A stretch of DNA of 64,000 nucleotides from the NCBI GenBank assembly GCA_964016885.1, contig OZ024764.1:22506001-22570000 (forward strand), given 5' to 3'. Of the stretch, positions 48,640 to 64,000 are shown in pieces. The position numbers and the translations under genes are program-made. Origin of the DNA: Eledone cirrhosa. Taxonomy: Eukaryota. How positions within the stretch are numbered: the stretch's first letter is position 1; each line of letters begins with the position of its first letter. Below the pieces are notes generated by a model. It ran no database searches. It saw only the letters and a program-made list of their open reading frames with translations, and was not told the DNA's origin.

Positions 48640-49045
48640 TGGGTGCATTTTGTTGTGACACCTACATGACCACTTTACAGTGTGGACTGGGTGCTTTTTA
48701 ACATCTCACCATGATGACCACTTTACATTGACTACTGGGTGCTTTTTGTCGCGACACCTACATGACCACTTTACAGTGTGGACTGGGTGCTTTTTGTTGT
48801 GACACCTACATGACCACTTTACAGTGTGGACTGGGTGCTTTTTGTTGTGACACCTACATGACCACTTTACAGTGTGGACTGGGTGCTTTTTGTTGTGACA
48901 CCTACATGACCACTTTACAGTGTGGACTGGTTTCTTTTTGTCATATTACCTACATGACCACCTTATAATGTTGACTGTGTATTCTCTATAGTGTGGGTTG
49001 GGTGCTTTTTGTCATATCTCCTACCCAACCACTTTGCAGTGTGGG
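48640..49045. repeat. 48-bp minisatellite
   Basis: 16-codon periodicity is visible in ORF 48762-48968. Confidence 0.85.
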
Positions 49046-49864
49046 CAGTGAAATATCAGTAATGCACCAGCTCCAATATTCAGTAATCAGAAGAAGGGAG
49101 GTAGGCATAAAAGCCAAACTTGCTGTCTTCAATTAGGTTTTTGTGCCAACCCTTACCTATGGTCACATATCTTGGGTAATGACCAAAAGAATATGATTGG
49201 GAATACAAATGGCAGATATGGGATTCCTCTGAAGGGTCTTTGAAGGAACGTTTCTCAATAAAGTGCATAGCTCTGAGATCAGAGAGTCACTCCAGGTGGA
49301 GCTGTTACTTCTCCTAATTGAGAGATCACAGCTGCAATACTATGGCCATGTGGTTAGAATGTCTGAGGAAAGGATCACTGGATAGATTTTACAGGCAAAA
49401 CTAACCGGCAGGAGACCCAGGGGTAGACCTGAGCAAGATGGTCACATAACATCCATGAGCTTGGCTGGTCTCTCTGGGAGATCCAGCCAGATCAGTTGGA
49501 GTGGGTTGCTTCTGACAGGACCTGTTGGAGGGAGTGTTTGAGGACTCTGCCCCCAAGACCCTTTCTGGAATGACTGGATTAATAAGAAGAGGTTACATAA
49601 TCAACATCAGATTTCCCTGCTAGCAAGGATTTAATGAGTCTACTTCAACCAAGTAAGTACTAAAGTGAGGCTACTGATCTCCCAGACAGACCAAGGATCT
49701 GAGACTTATTCACATAAGGTCTCATTTGCTACTGAGTGCACAGAAATGGTTGTCATGATTGAAGGGTTCTCCGACACTATTGTCGGGCAAGCTTTCTATG
49801 GCTAGATGTCCTTCACATGACCAACCACATTACAGCCTGTGTTGGGTGTGTTTATCATGTAGGT

Positions 49865-52233
49865 GAGATATAACAAACTGAGGGTTCTCCAAGGGCCACA
49901 TAGGTCACATGTGTTGTCTGAGGGTTGCACACTATAACTAATTATGTACACGACAACTAATTAAAGTCATTTAATAAAATATATTGCAGAAAGATTTGTT
50001 ACTTAAATTTAGAAACATACAATGTACATACAAATGTTTTAGCAGCATTCATGAATACAAAGTAATGAAGTAGTTTGACAAAAAAGTAAAATTTAACATG
50101 TCAAGATATACTTGCAGATTGTAACAGCAACAAATACATTGTACACAAATAACAACAGTTGAAAACTGAACATTTATTTGCTACTATTCAACCATTTTTA
50201 GTGTTTTGTCCTGAGGCTTGACACTTCTTTCTGTTTACTATGTTTCGTATTTCTGGCTGAAATGTTTGTACAGTTCCAACTTTGATCAGATGACAAGTGT
50301 TGATCAGTCAGCCTTGTTCTCTGAGAAGTTTTTGTTAATTTCATGAAGGAAAATAACTGTCCACTCACATAGGTAGAACCAAACATTGCCATAATTTTTG
50401 TGACAAACTTTCTGAAGTTAATACACTTTTCAGGAAGGTATGAAAAGAAACCAGGTATCCCCACTACAAGATACTTTGTTCTGAGTGTAGAATCTGACTG
50501 CATTTCCAATAGTTCCATCTGCAGGCATTCTTCTGCCTTCATCAAAGGTGAATGGTGCTGAGAATAATGTAATCTGATGTTCAAAAAATGAGAAATCACA
50601 AAATCTTTCTTGAAATTTCTTTAACAACAATTCCAGGTGACTGTCATACTTAGCTAAGCTAAATACAGACTCAGTATTGGCAGTGTTTTTCAGTTCTTTG
50701 CACATAGGGAAATGAACTAAATTTTCATCTGACAACGGAGATTTCCATAAGCTTAGTTTTCTAATGAAGCACTTGATGTCATCATTCAACTGATTAATGG
50801 GTTTGTTTTAACCTTGTACTTTCAAATTAAGATCAGTTAATTGTGCAGTAATATCCACAGCAAAAATCAGGTGTTGGAGCCAACTTTCATCTTTTATTTC
50901 ATCTGTGTTTTAACCTTTTCTCTCCAAAAACATAATTATTTCTTGTCTCAACAAATAGAATCTTTTCAGCACTTTGTGACATGTCAACCAGCAGACTTCT
51001 GTGTAGAATGGAACATCGGTGAACTGATTATCCATATCTTCCAACAACTGGCTGAACTGACGGTGGTTGAGAGCACGGCCTCTGATTTAGTTCACTGTCT
51101 TTGTGACCAAACTAAGCACATGATGCAATTTTAAAATCTTTGAACATAAACTTTGCTGATGAATAATAGTGAAAATGTGCAAATGATGAATCTAGATATG
51201 AGGTTTCTATTTTTGTTTGTAACTTGGCAGCAACACCATTATGTCTACCAACCATATTTGCAGCACTGTCAGTAGATAAACATGCAAGTTTACTCAGATC
51301 AAAACCATGCAGACCCTGCTTGACCTTCTCAAAGATGTCCTGGCTTGTTATAGTGTCATGCATGGGGACCAGTTCAATCAGTTCTTCATAAATATTAAAT
51401 TCACAGTCACAGGCCCTGATGAAGAATGCAAGCTGTACTATTCCAGTGATGTCAAGTCTCATCAATAGCAATAGAAACATGTTCAAACCTTGATGATACA
51501 GCCTTTAACTGTTGTTTCAGATCACCTGACATTTCATTAATCTGTTCAGCAACAGTGTTCCTGGTTAATGAAATGTCTTTGAATAACTCTGCTTTCTCTG
51601 GACAATTTCAGCTGTTTTTACAAGACATTGCATTACAAAATCTCATTCACTGTAAGATTTCCCACTCATGGCAATCATTTGACTGAGTTCATAGCTTGCA
51701 GTAACGGAAAAGTGACATTCTCTTCCTGAATTAACATAAAACAGGTCTGTTGCTGTGTCAAGTTAGACTTCAATTCCTTCAGTCTTGAAACACACATTGG
51801 GCCTTCATATTTATCGTAAGATCGAGGGTTTGTTTCATAATGTCTTTTTAAATTGTACTCTTTTGGCGTGGCGATGTAGTTGTTGCAAATTAAACAGTGT
51901 ATCTTTCTGTTCACCATTGGGCAAAAATACTGTAATTCCCACTTTTCTTGAAACACTTGCCCTTCTTCGTTCAATTTCCTTTTTCTCTTAGCTGGAGGAG
52001 CACTAACCATTTCAAAAACAAAAACTTTTGAAATTTTGAAAGAAAGTTTTCTGTTAATGAGCTGCACGTGATTAATGGAAGTTAAAAGTAGTTGACAAAA
52101 ATTGGAAAAAAAAAACAATTGTATCGAAAAATTTTTTAATTTTATATTACGAAAATGAAACATGCTCGCACTGTAAAAACCTTTGTGTGGGCTGTAGGTT
52201 TGCTTGCAAAGGGCCGCATGTTTGACAGGTCTG
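49865..52233 (-). mobile_element. hAT (Buster-type) copy 3, the most complete
   Basis: TSD ATGTAGGT/ATGTGGGT. BED-like CLICNNYIATPKEYNLKRHYETN. Keeps the C-terminal LQMELLEMQSD...FGSTYVSGQLFS segment deleted in copies 1 and 2. Confidence 0.9.
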
Positions 52234-54286
52234 ATGTGGGTTACCAACACTAGGGAGGGCAGCATGTCCTTCAATGTCTTCTGCTACATTAACTACCAGG
52301 AGGTCACCACATGACACAAAGACATTTCAAAGAGGGGTCATAAAAGAACTAAATACGAAAGTACCCACAGCAACAAGCAAATAATTGAGCTTTGGGTCTG
52401 GGTCAAGGGGCAGAAGTGCTGCGCCCTGTGGATAAGACTGCAAAAGTATTCGCCCCGGACGATGGACAGTGACACCCACTGCAACAGCCACCCCAACCTC
52501 ATGGGACTCCCTCTTCAGAAGAGCCACCAACGTTCTGATCTTAGAGAGGAGCTTGGCAGTATGGGGTCCAAGTACTTCTGAGGTCTCGATGGTGACCAGT
52601 GTGAAGAGACCTACAATTGATCTAATCCCAGTTATGTTGGACTGTAATATACTGGGGTATAGAGAGGCCTTAACCTGTCACAGCCGGGCCACCCAGGGTT
52701 GTGTCATCTAGGTACTAGACAGGGGTAACTAGACCATGTTGTCAACTGTCAGCACCAATAGGAGTGAGGCGAGTGGGTCCCCTTGCGAGACACCATATAT
52801 AAAAACGTATTTGCTAATTACTTTAGTGAATAATTTGTTTCATACGTAATTATTACTTTTAACACAATAGGATTTTGTACACGTGTTTGTTTGAAAACAT
52901 CTTTCAAAGAAGTATGAGACAGTCTTTTGTAGTGTTTATCATAATAAATTACTGTATGTTGAGCTGTTTTAACTTCTCCACCTTCTATTATTTTATATTG
53001 TTTTTGTAAGAAAACGATATCTTTTTCATATATATATATGAAGGCGCGTGGCTGAGTGGTTAGAGAATTGGGTTCGGAATTGTGAAGTTGTGAGTTCGAT
53101 TCCCAGACCGGGCGATGCGTTATGTCCTTGAGCAAGACATTTTATTTCACGTTGCTCCTTCTACCTGGAGTTGCGACCGATAGATAGTATTAGCAATTGG
53201 AAAGACCAATGGAAACATTGTTTCCTCGGTCCGATTTGACGAAAAGTCGATCATAAAAAATATATATAGACAGAGAGAGAGACAAACAGACACTACTGTA
53301 TTACATATGTAAGGGGAGATAACTCTCGTAACATCCCCCCCTTCTTTTTGATATACGTCCTTTAAGTACTTTGTTCAATGGAACCTGCTTTATTTTGTGT
53401 CCTAAGTAGATTTCTGTTTAAGTATTTACGAGATTCACAATGATTCACGTAACCAAGTTACTTACATAGAGATATATTTCACATAGAATCACAACAAATG
53501 AAAATATTAAGTCAACACTCTGTCAATCAGTCTCACATCACATGGGGTGCTGGAGTCTCCCTCTAATACTTTCTGAGACAGTCTTACCTCGAGTGATAGC
53601 AAGGCTAAGATGTTGGAACTACCAAACACCCTCATATGTATCACCTGACACCTCGGTAAGGAGAGCTGCCAACGATAACAAGAACCTCGTTGTCAGGGAC
53701 CTATCTCCTCCAAACTTCTCCAACACCACAGACTAGAATATTCTACTCTTTATTCCCTATCAAATATATTTCAGTCTAGTCATTTATCTTGTATCTTGTA
53801 TATGTATTTTGAAAACTAACTGTCACATTTGTGAGACCCCAGTTAGTATTGTTTTCGTCTCCCTCCCACATCCTACATGCTGTAGTAAAAGTGAGGGTCA
53901 CTGCTTCCGTAGACGAACGAAATAAAAGTTAAACTACCAGTAATTATCGGCAAAGTATTTATTCCAGTCTGTGATGTTTGAGAAGCTGGGCTGCTGACAA
54001 CGAAGTTGTGGTCACTGTTGGCAGCTGGCTTTACCGAAGTACCCGATGACTCTTGTGAGGGTACTTAGCTGTTCTGGCGGTTTAGCCTCCATGACATGAT
54101 TTTACTGAGATACCCGGTCATCTCTATCAGGGTACTTAGCTGTTCTGGCGGTTTAGCCTCCATATGACCCGATCTTACCGAGATACCCGGTGATCTCTGT
54201 CAGGGTACTTAGCTGTTCTGGCAACTTAGCCCCCATATGACCCGATTTACCGAAGTACCCGGTGATCTCTGTAAGAGTACTTAGCT

Positions 54287-54943
54287 GGGCATAGGTTAAG
54301 TTTTACGTCCTCGAAAATGAAACTAGGTTTTCTGACAAGTGAATGTGTTTTTGTTTTTTTTTACAATGAAATTTACGATACACTCTTTGTTTATTTACAA
54401 CAGGTCTCTATAGTGATATGGTGTTAATTAGTATTGCGTGTGTGATTATTTTCTCTTATATATATATGTGTGGGTGTGTATATGTGTGTATATATATGTG
54501 TGACTGTATGTATATATATATGTGTGTTTGTATATATATATGTGTTTGTGTCATCATCATCGTTTACATGTTTTTACCCAAATCCCTTATCATTCTCTGT
54601 CCTTCCTATGACCCGGCCTTAATTTGTTTATAGTTGGTGCCAACTTTGGCAAGATATTACAAAAACATCTAAACGATGATGATGACACAAACACATATAT
54701 ATATACAAACACACATATATATATATATATACATACAGACACACATATACACACCCACACATATATATATATAAGAAATAATAATCACACACGCAATACT
54801 AATTAACACCATATCACTATAGAGACCTGTTGTAAATAAACAAAGAGTGTATCGTAAATTTCATTGTAAAAAAAACAAAAAACACATTCACTTGTCAGAA
54901 AACCTAGTTTCATTTTCGAGGACGTAAAACTTAACCTATGCCC
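54287..54943. mobile_element. Foldback element copy 2, TSD TTAGCT
   Basis: As 20366-21017. Confidence 0.9.
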
Positions 54944-55027
54944 TTAGCTGTTCTATTTTAATTACATTTACTGATTTCAACTTTCATTTTTTTATTACAA
55001 ACTTTACATAATTTAATTCCGTAAAAA

Positions 55028-55165
55028 TATTTTACGTCACAAAAAAACATTGAAGCATGCGCAGTGGTGCAGTTGTCGACTTCCTGTCCACGTGTTAGTC
55101 TTCCTACAACAACATTTAGACAACATTTCTGTAAACACTAAACACCTGAGACTATAATGTAAGTA
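55028..55165 (+). promoter_or_regulatory. Predicted promoter and exon 1 of ZNF-4
   Basis: Same motif cluster; donor at 55159. Confidence 0.6.
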
Positions 55166-55364
55166 TTATGTCTATTAATATTGTAGATTTAAGCTCACTT
55201 TTCACATCACAAATATATATTTTCTTGTTTGTTTCATTACTGGAAATATAAAATGTTATCGTAATTATCTATATTTTACCTACCTCTAATTAATTAAAGT
55301 GAAAACTTTTGTTGTTGCTGAAAAATAAATTAACAAAACTAAATATTTAAATATTCTAAAGGTC

Positions 55365-55975
55365 GTTTTTATATTATGTGATGATATAATTAATATATTT
55401 TATTACAATTGTATAAATTTACAGTAGAATAACGTTGTAAATATGTTTTAAATATATACATAAATAACATAGGTGTGTAAATAACATTATAAATTGCTGG
55501 CAATTCCTTGAGAAAGACATTACAAATATATTGTCTAAACTGTGTATAATAATATAATTTATTGAACAATAATGATAAAGGAAAGAAAAACACAGTGGGA
55601 GATGGCAATTGACCACCAAGTGTGATAATAGGCCACACCTCACACCTTAGGGGTTAACTACACTCTTTGAGGCAAGCCAACACACTGGCAGCATTACTAA
55701 GGTGTTGAAATAACCAGGTACCCTCACGGGTATCACCTGGTACCTCAGTAAGGTGAGGCTAAGGTGCTGAAATAACCAGGTACCCTCACGGGTATCACCT
55801 GGTACCTCGGTAAGGTGAGGCTAAGGATCTGAAATAACCAGGTACACTCACGGGTATCACCTGACACCTCGATAAGGTGAGTCTAAGGGGCTGAAATAAC
55901 CAGGTACCCTCACGGGTATCACCTGACACCTTGGTAAGGTGAGTCTAAGGGGCTGAAATAACCAGGTACCCTCAC
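55365..55975 (-). mobile_element. Old antisense CRE 3' end with a 62-bp repeat, about 5 copies
   Basis: As 21440-21989. Confidence 0.75.
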
Positions 55976-56333
55976 GGAAACGACTAGATTTGTAGAAAAA
56001 GTAGGGTAAAAGTATACGAAGAGATGTAGTTTCACAGATCTACTCACACCTCACGTTGGGTGGGAAATAATTATTTTTCTGAGATTTTTTTCTAGACCCC
56101 TTTTCAATATTTTCTCTGAACCCCTTAGATACTTGCAATAGACGTTTTATTCCCCAGTATTAGGGTTAGGGTTTCCATTTTCAGGAAGAAAAGTCGATTG
56201 CAAACATCTAAGCGGTCGAGAAATAAAATTAAGGAAAGATAATTATTTCCCAGCCAACTGGAGAAGTGTGTAGCTCTTCTAAACTCTGATAATCCTGTCT
56301 CCCACTTCTTTATCTACAAATCTAGTCGTTTCC
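55976..56333. mobile_element. About 360-bp foldback element, copy 4
   Basis: Same terminal inverted repeats as 3360-3719. Confidence 0.7.
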
Positions 56334-56866
56334 TGCTACTTTGAAGGCCCTATTTATTGATAACACCACTTGTAAATCTTTGTCAACTTTTCATACGTAA
56401 ATTGTGAATCAGTTATTTTTAAACAAACTATCAAAGAAGTGATCTCACAGTAACTGTGTTTGATTCAATCAACTTATTCCCCCCAAACATTGTCGACCTT
56501 GTGTCTAAATCAGAAACTATTATAAGATCTTAAATCAACCTCGTAAAGATGAAGGGCAAAGCTAACCTCGGCGGGATTTCAACCCTTTATCTTATGAGTT
56601 CAAATCCCACCAAAGTTAACTTTGTCTTTCATTCTAAAGGAGTGGATAAATTAAAGTTCCAGTAATCTACTGGAGTCTGAGATATTAAGGTTTGAGTAGA
56701 TTCTATCTTTTTGTGTGTTTGTATTTATAATCTTACTAGAACACCTATGACCTGTTGGGTCACGTTCCCTTTAAAAATAATATTTAAATAATTAAAATGT
56801 ACACAGACATGTATATAATGTAAAATGAAATTAGTAGGCCCATGTATATATATATGCGTGTGTGTT

Positions 56867-56916
<50 letters not shown>

Positions 56917-57744
56917 CACACACGTCACTTGTTATAATTTTATAACTTTGTTCAACAGCACCACCAGCTATCTCTCTCACACACACCCATTATCTTTCTC
57001 TCTCTATTTATAAAGGTACCAGAAAAACCCCATATCTCGGGAACCTGTGCATTGATTTACGTGAAACTTATTTTATCCCATCTGTATTCCCATTTCAGGG
57101 TCAACTTCCTTTCAAACTATTTTCCCGTTATGCCCCGTTTTGGCTGTATTACATTACAGACAAGACACAATCACAAAGTTTTAGGTTTATAATGTTATAG
57201 TATCATGATAGGGTAATACAGTTATTTATAGACCTGTGGTAAATGTTGGTTCAGTCCACCCTGGGGGTGTAAGTGTTGGTTCAGTCTACCCTGAGGGGTG
57301 TCAGTGTTGGTCAATGATAACCTTTATAACTAGAGGCCTGTTGGTGAGGACAAGCTGGAAGTGGTGACATCTTTCTGCTACCTGTGTGACATGTCAGCTG
57401 GAAGTGGAGCCAAGTTCACTGCCATCGTGCTGTGCCACTCCACAGGTAACAAGTTTAGGCAGCTTCTCCTAATCCTCAAGACATGCTGGCTACCATTAGT
57501 CACCATGGGGCAGATTTATAACACCTGTGGGAGAAGTGTGTTTCATGCCAGCGAGACCTGGGCCATGTTATCTGACTGTCTGAATTGACTCTGAAGAAAT
57601 GACAGAGCTATGATCCACTGGATGTGTAGTGTGACCATTGAGGATGATGTCAGCTCAACTGAGCTCCTAAAAAAACTGCTGATCGACAACCTCAAGGATG
57701 TGTTTCACAGGAAACACATGCACTGGTATGGCCATGTTGTGCAT

Positions 57745-60100
57745 TCTCTCTCAACTCATCTATGCTTGGTCGTTGATGCACATTGACATTGCACATCCAA
57801 GGGAGCATACTTGCTTCATTTCTCTCCAGCCATCGCATATCCTCCACAGTTGCTGTCCATGTCTCACTACCGTACAGCATCACACATCTCACGCAGGCAT
57901 CACCAGCCATTCGTTCTTAGGGAGAAACCCTTCTTTGTCAACAGAGCAAGCAGCTCCCTAAACGTCTCCCAACCCGTCCTTATTCTATATACTATGGCCT
58001 CTGAGCACCCTCCTCCCATGCTAATCTGATCACCTAGGTATCGGAAGCTATCAACCACCTCTGTAGATCCTTTCTGCACTTGAAAAATGTGTCTATCACT
58101 GCGACTTCTACTGTCAAATTTCCCTGTACCTCTACTGCATATGTAGTTTTCCCTACCTGTTAGTTTTCCTGCTATCCCACTACATTTCTTGTGTACCCAA
58201 AATCTGCATTGTGTACATTATAGAATTTATGCCAGTTCCTTTTCTACATATTGAACAAGGCCATTTCCCTGATGGAATGACAGTTTTGTCCTCTTTTCTA
58301 CTCAACACTTTTGTCTTAGCTAGGTTCACTCTCAGTCCTCTTGCTTCCAACTGCTGTTGCAATAGCCAGAATTTATGCTCTAGCTCCGCTACTGATTCTG
58401 CTATAAGAACCACATCGTCAGCCTAGAGAAGTTCCCATGGGCAGCCAGTCTTAAACTCCTCTTTTATGGCTTGGAGGCTTATAATAAACAAGGGCGGGCT
58501 GAGGACCGACCCTGATGTACTCCTACTTGTATCTGGAATTCCTTATTAAACTCCATTCCTACCCTCACTTTACTGACAGCACCTCTGTACATAGCTTGCA
58601 TTGTCCTCACAAACTATTCCTCTACACCTAGTTTCCTTAGGGACCACCAGATGACAGATTGGGGTACTCTATCAAAGGCCTTTTCTAGGTGAACAAAAGC
58701 TAAGTATAGTGGTTTATTCTTCTCTAAGAACCTCTCTAGTAGTTGTCTCACTAAGAAGAGGGCATCTGTTTGACCCTTTCTCTAAGTTGCGCTAGTATTC
58801 TTTCTGTCACTTTCATAACCTGATCCATCAGTTTTATACCCCTATAATTACTCCTCTCCAGAACATCCCCTTTACCTTTACCTCAATTTATGAGAATACT
58901 GCTGCACCAGTCTTTGGGTATGACACCACCATATATAGCTTGATTAATGATGCATGCAACCAGTTTACTTCCTACATCCCCTGATGCCTTCAGCATCTCA
59001 GCAACTATCCCCAACAGTCCAGCAGACCTCCATTTTTCCTTTCCTTAATTACTCTTGGACCCTATAGTCGTCAATCTCAATAGCTGGTCCTTCTGTCGGG
59101 TCTACTGAAGGTAGACCCGACATTTCCAGGCCTCCCTTTTCTGATCATTCGTGACACTAAGTACATCGGCATCATCCCGTACAGATTTATCTCCAACAAC
59201 ATCCTGATTTGCACTGACACACTGCCTTGCAATGTGGAACACTGCACGCCTCTGATCTTCCCGTCGCAGAACATTGGCAAACCTCCTACTCTCAGCCTCC
59301 CTGCATGCTAAGTAGACCTGACATCTAGCTTCTCTCTTAGTGGCTGTGTATCGGTCTCTACCCCTACAATTTTTCCAAACATTCCATGCTAGTCTTTTGT
59401 CTCTAATGGCTCTATCTACCGTGCTGTTCCACCACCAGGTCACCCTCTGTCTGGTTGGAGCTCTGCTCCAGCCACAAGTTTTATGAGTAACCTGCAGTAA
59501 GTTGTCACGTAAGAAATTCCAGTTATCATCTATGTCATACGACGCTAAAACGTCTTCTTTTTCATCATACACATCTTGAAGGGCTTGCCTAAATTTATAT
59601 TTTAGTGAAAGGTCTTTTAGTTTCTAGACCTTCCTTTTTCACACCTTCTTGTATGTCTCTCTTTGTCTCTTGCTTACTGAGATATCACTAACGACTAACC
59701 TATGTTGGGGGATTACATTGTTCCCTGGGGTATGCCTTAGTATTTGACACCATCTATCTGTCTTACTCCCTAACTAGCAAGAAGTCAATCTGTCTCATGT
59801 GCTCACCTGATTGGTAGGTTATTAGGTGGTTGGTAGGTTTCTTGAAGTGTTGCAAATGGTTAGTTCACTTGCATCACAAAATACAAGAAGCTTCACTCCT
59901 TCGTTTCTTGAGCCATAACCATGACCACCATGTACCCCAGTGTATCCATCCTGGAGCTGTCCAACATGACCATTGAAGTCCCCTGCTATTATAACTAGGT
60001 CTCTGTCCTTGTGGTTATCTCTACTTATTCCTTTTCTACATATGGAGCAGGGCCACTTTCCTGAAGGTGTCAGGGTCTTCTCTCCTATCCATTAGCACTT
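57745..60100 (-). mobile_element. RTE-clade LINE, degenerate
   Basis: TWWWNSTVDRAIRDKR linker, VLIAESVAEL and EN end QHRLVVSD; same insertion as 23845-26130. Confidence 0.85.
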
Positions 60101-60560
60101 TAGTTTTGGCTAAGTATATTCTCAGAACTTACCATTTCAAATTCTATATCTATAGCTGGTCATCTACATAGAGAAGTTTCCATAGACAGCCAGTCTTAAA
60201 CCTCTCTGTTATGGCTTGGAGAACTATGATGAACAACAGTGGGCTAAGAACTAAACCATGATGAACTCCTACCTGTACCTTCAATTCCTCACTAAACATA
60301 CTTTACTGACATCTTCTCACAAGCCATTCTTCTACACCTAATTTCTTTAACCCTTTAGTATATAAACTGGCCATATCTGGCCAGAATTCTCCCACATCTT
60401 TCTGTTCAAACTGGCCGTAACTGGTCACTTATACTTATGTTAAGGTATTGTTCTCAAATTAAGTAACATCAAAATCTCATCGATTTGATATTATGTGAGA
60501 TAAAGCATTTACTGTGAAAATATAATAGTAAATATAGAGTAATGTGAATACTAAAGGGTT

Positions 60561-61015
60561 AATCTAATGTCACTAATAACTACTTTTATCAGTCAGTTTA
60601 ATCTAATGTCACTAATAACTACTTTTATCTGTCAGTATAATCTAATGTCACTAATAACTACTTTTATCAGTCAGTTTAATCTAATGTCACTAATAACTAC
60701 TTTTATCAGTCAGCATAATCTAATGTCACTAATAACTACTTTTATCAGTCAGTATAATCTAATGTCACTAATAACTACTTTTATCAGTCAGTTTAATCTA
60801 ATGTCACTAATAACTACTTTTATCAGTCAGTATAATCTAATCTCACTAATAACTACTTTTATTAGTCAGTTTAATATAATGTCACTAATAACTACTTTTA
60901 TCTGTCAGTTTAATCTAATCTCACTAATAACTACTTTTATCAGTCAGTTTAATCTAATGTCACTAATAACTACTTTTATCAGTCAGTTTAATCTAATGTC
61001 ACTAATAACTAACCT
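60561..61015. repeat. 39-bp minisatellite, about 11.5 copies
   Basis: Same unit as 43644-44215. Confidence 0.95.
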
Positions 61016-61954
61016 ATGTTAGTCAGCACATTCTTCACCTAAGAAGGCCTTAGTATTTATTACAGTCCATTTATCAATATAGAAATATTATATGAAATTT
61101 GTACTGATGTATTACAAGTTTCTGAGTATCTTATAATGTTCTTTTATTATTTCAGAATACCAGAGGACATTGGCATTAAAGAGCACGTTACATCAGACAT
61201 ATCCTCAACATTAACCATTTCTAATGAAAGACACTACCCATCATTTTCAAATAATTTTGAAAACACTCAACACTTTGAAGGGATTTAGTAATATAACTAA
61301 ATTTCTCAGTATTAAGCTGCTATTTGGAACATAACTTTGCACAATCTCATGAAGTTACAATGGAAAGTTTTTAGATAAATATAAAGACTGGTATGAAAAG
61401 GATAAAACACTTTTATATCAGTTGTTTCATCAACACTATTATTTAAAGACTAAAGGAAGCTGTTATACAGAACAGATACAACCTTGTTTATATAAATCTA
61501 TGGGAGAAATACTGTGAAATATTTCTTGTAAACTCAATAACCCTTCTATTCTTTGCTGTCTGGAATATGTAGAAGATACAAAATAAAGCTGAAGAAATTT
61601 ACACATGATTTTGTAAGATCTTCATATATTGACAAAGTTGATAGTTGATGGAACTACAGGAGTAGAAATATTTCCATTTTTACAGGAATAACTAATCAAA
61701 TGAAAACTAGAAAAATTAGATTCTTCACTGTCTGGAATATGTACAAGATGATTTTATATGTATATTAAACTTGAAGACATCAACAAAACAGTTTGTATCA
61801 TCTTTAAATATAAAGAAAGACCAAGTTGATGGAAATATATCTGGAGGAATATGTTTTAGGAATAATATTATAAACATAAAGAAGAAAAATATCCATATAT
61901 TGCGAGGAGAAAAATATTAAAACTGTGAATTATGTGAGAAACTGGGGTGATTGA

Positions 61955-63972
<2,018 letters not shown>

Positions 63973-64000
63973 GCTGTATCAATATCAAACTCATTACATC

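Noticed and set aside
51675-52274. Domesticated GTF2IRD2/ZBED-like gene
   Set aside because: It lies within TIRs and a TSD, and all three copies have frameshifts and stops.

Overview
Eukaryotic, AT-rich, repeat-dense DNA. It is most likely from a coleoid cephalopod (Octopus-like); this is inferred from the [21 protein letters not shown] finger style and the SINE/RTE content and is not proven. The window holds a tandem cluster of four same-strand C2H2 zinc-finger genes with no effector domain (10, 17, 13 and about 23 fingers; the last is frameshifted). Each gene sits in a duplicated unit: promoter and non-coding exon 1, a TE-filled intron, one coding exon, then a relic second ZNF gene. Units alternate A-B-A-B. 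A units carry a near-full CRE-clade retrotransposon in intron 1 and a Buster-type hAT downstream. B units carry a 652-bp foldback element upstream of the promoter and a longer RTE LINE. Other elements are a young 5'-truncated CR1-like LINE, a decayed Tigger/pogo, non-autonomous Helitrons, a piggyBac-type MITE, SINEs and several minisatellites. The main leads are: (i) finger arrays evolving as an 84-bp minisatellite with finger exchange between paralogues; (ii) four CRE-derived pieces around the ZNF promoter, with the same CRE segment tandemly amplified on both sides; (iii) a relic ZNF gene fused behind each stop codon, creating a candidate 3'UTR intron; (iv) a unit that appears to have lost its gene, and conversion tracts that cut across the A/B pattern. 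All coordinates and alignments were read by eye and no searches were run.
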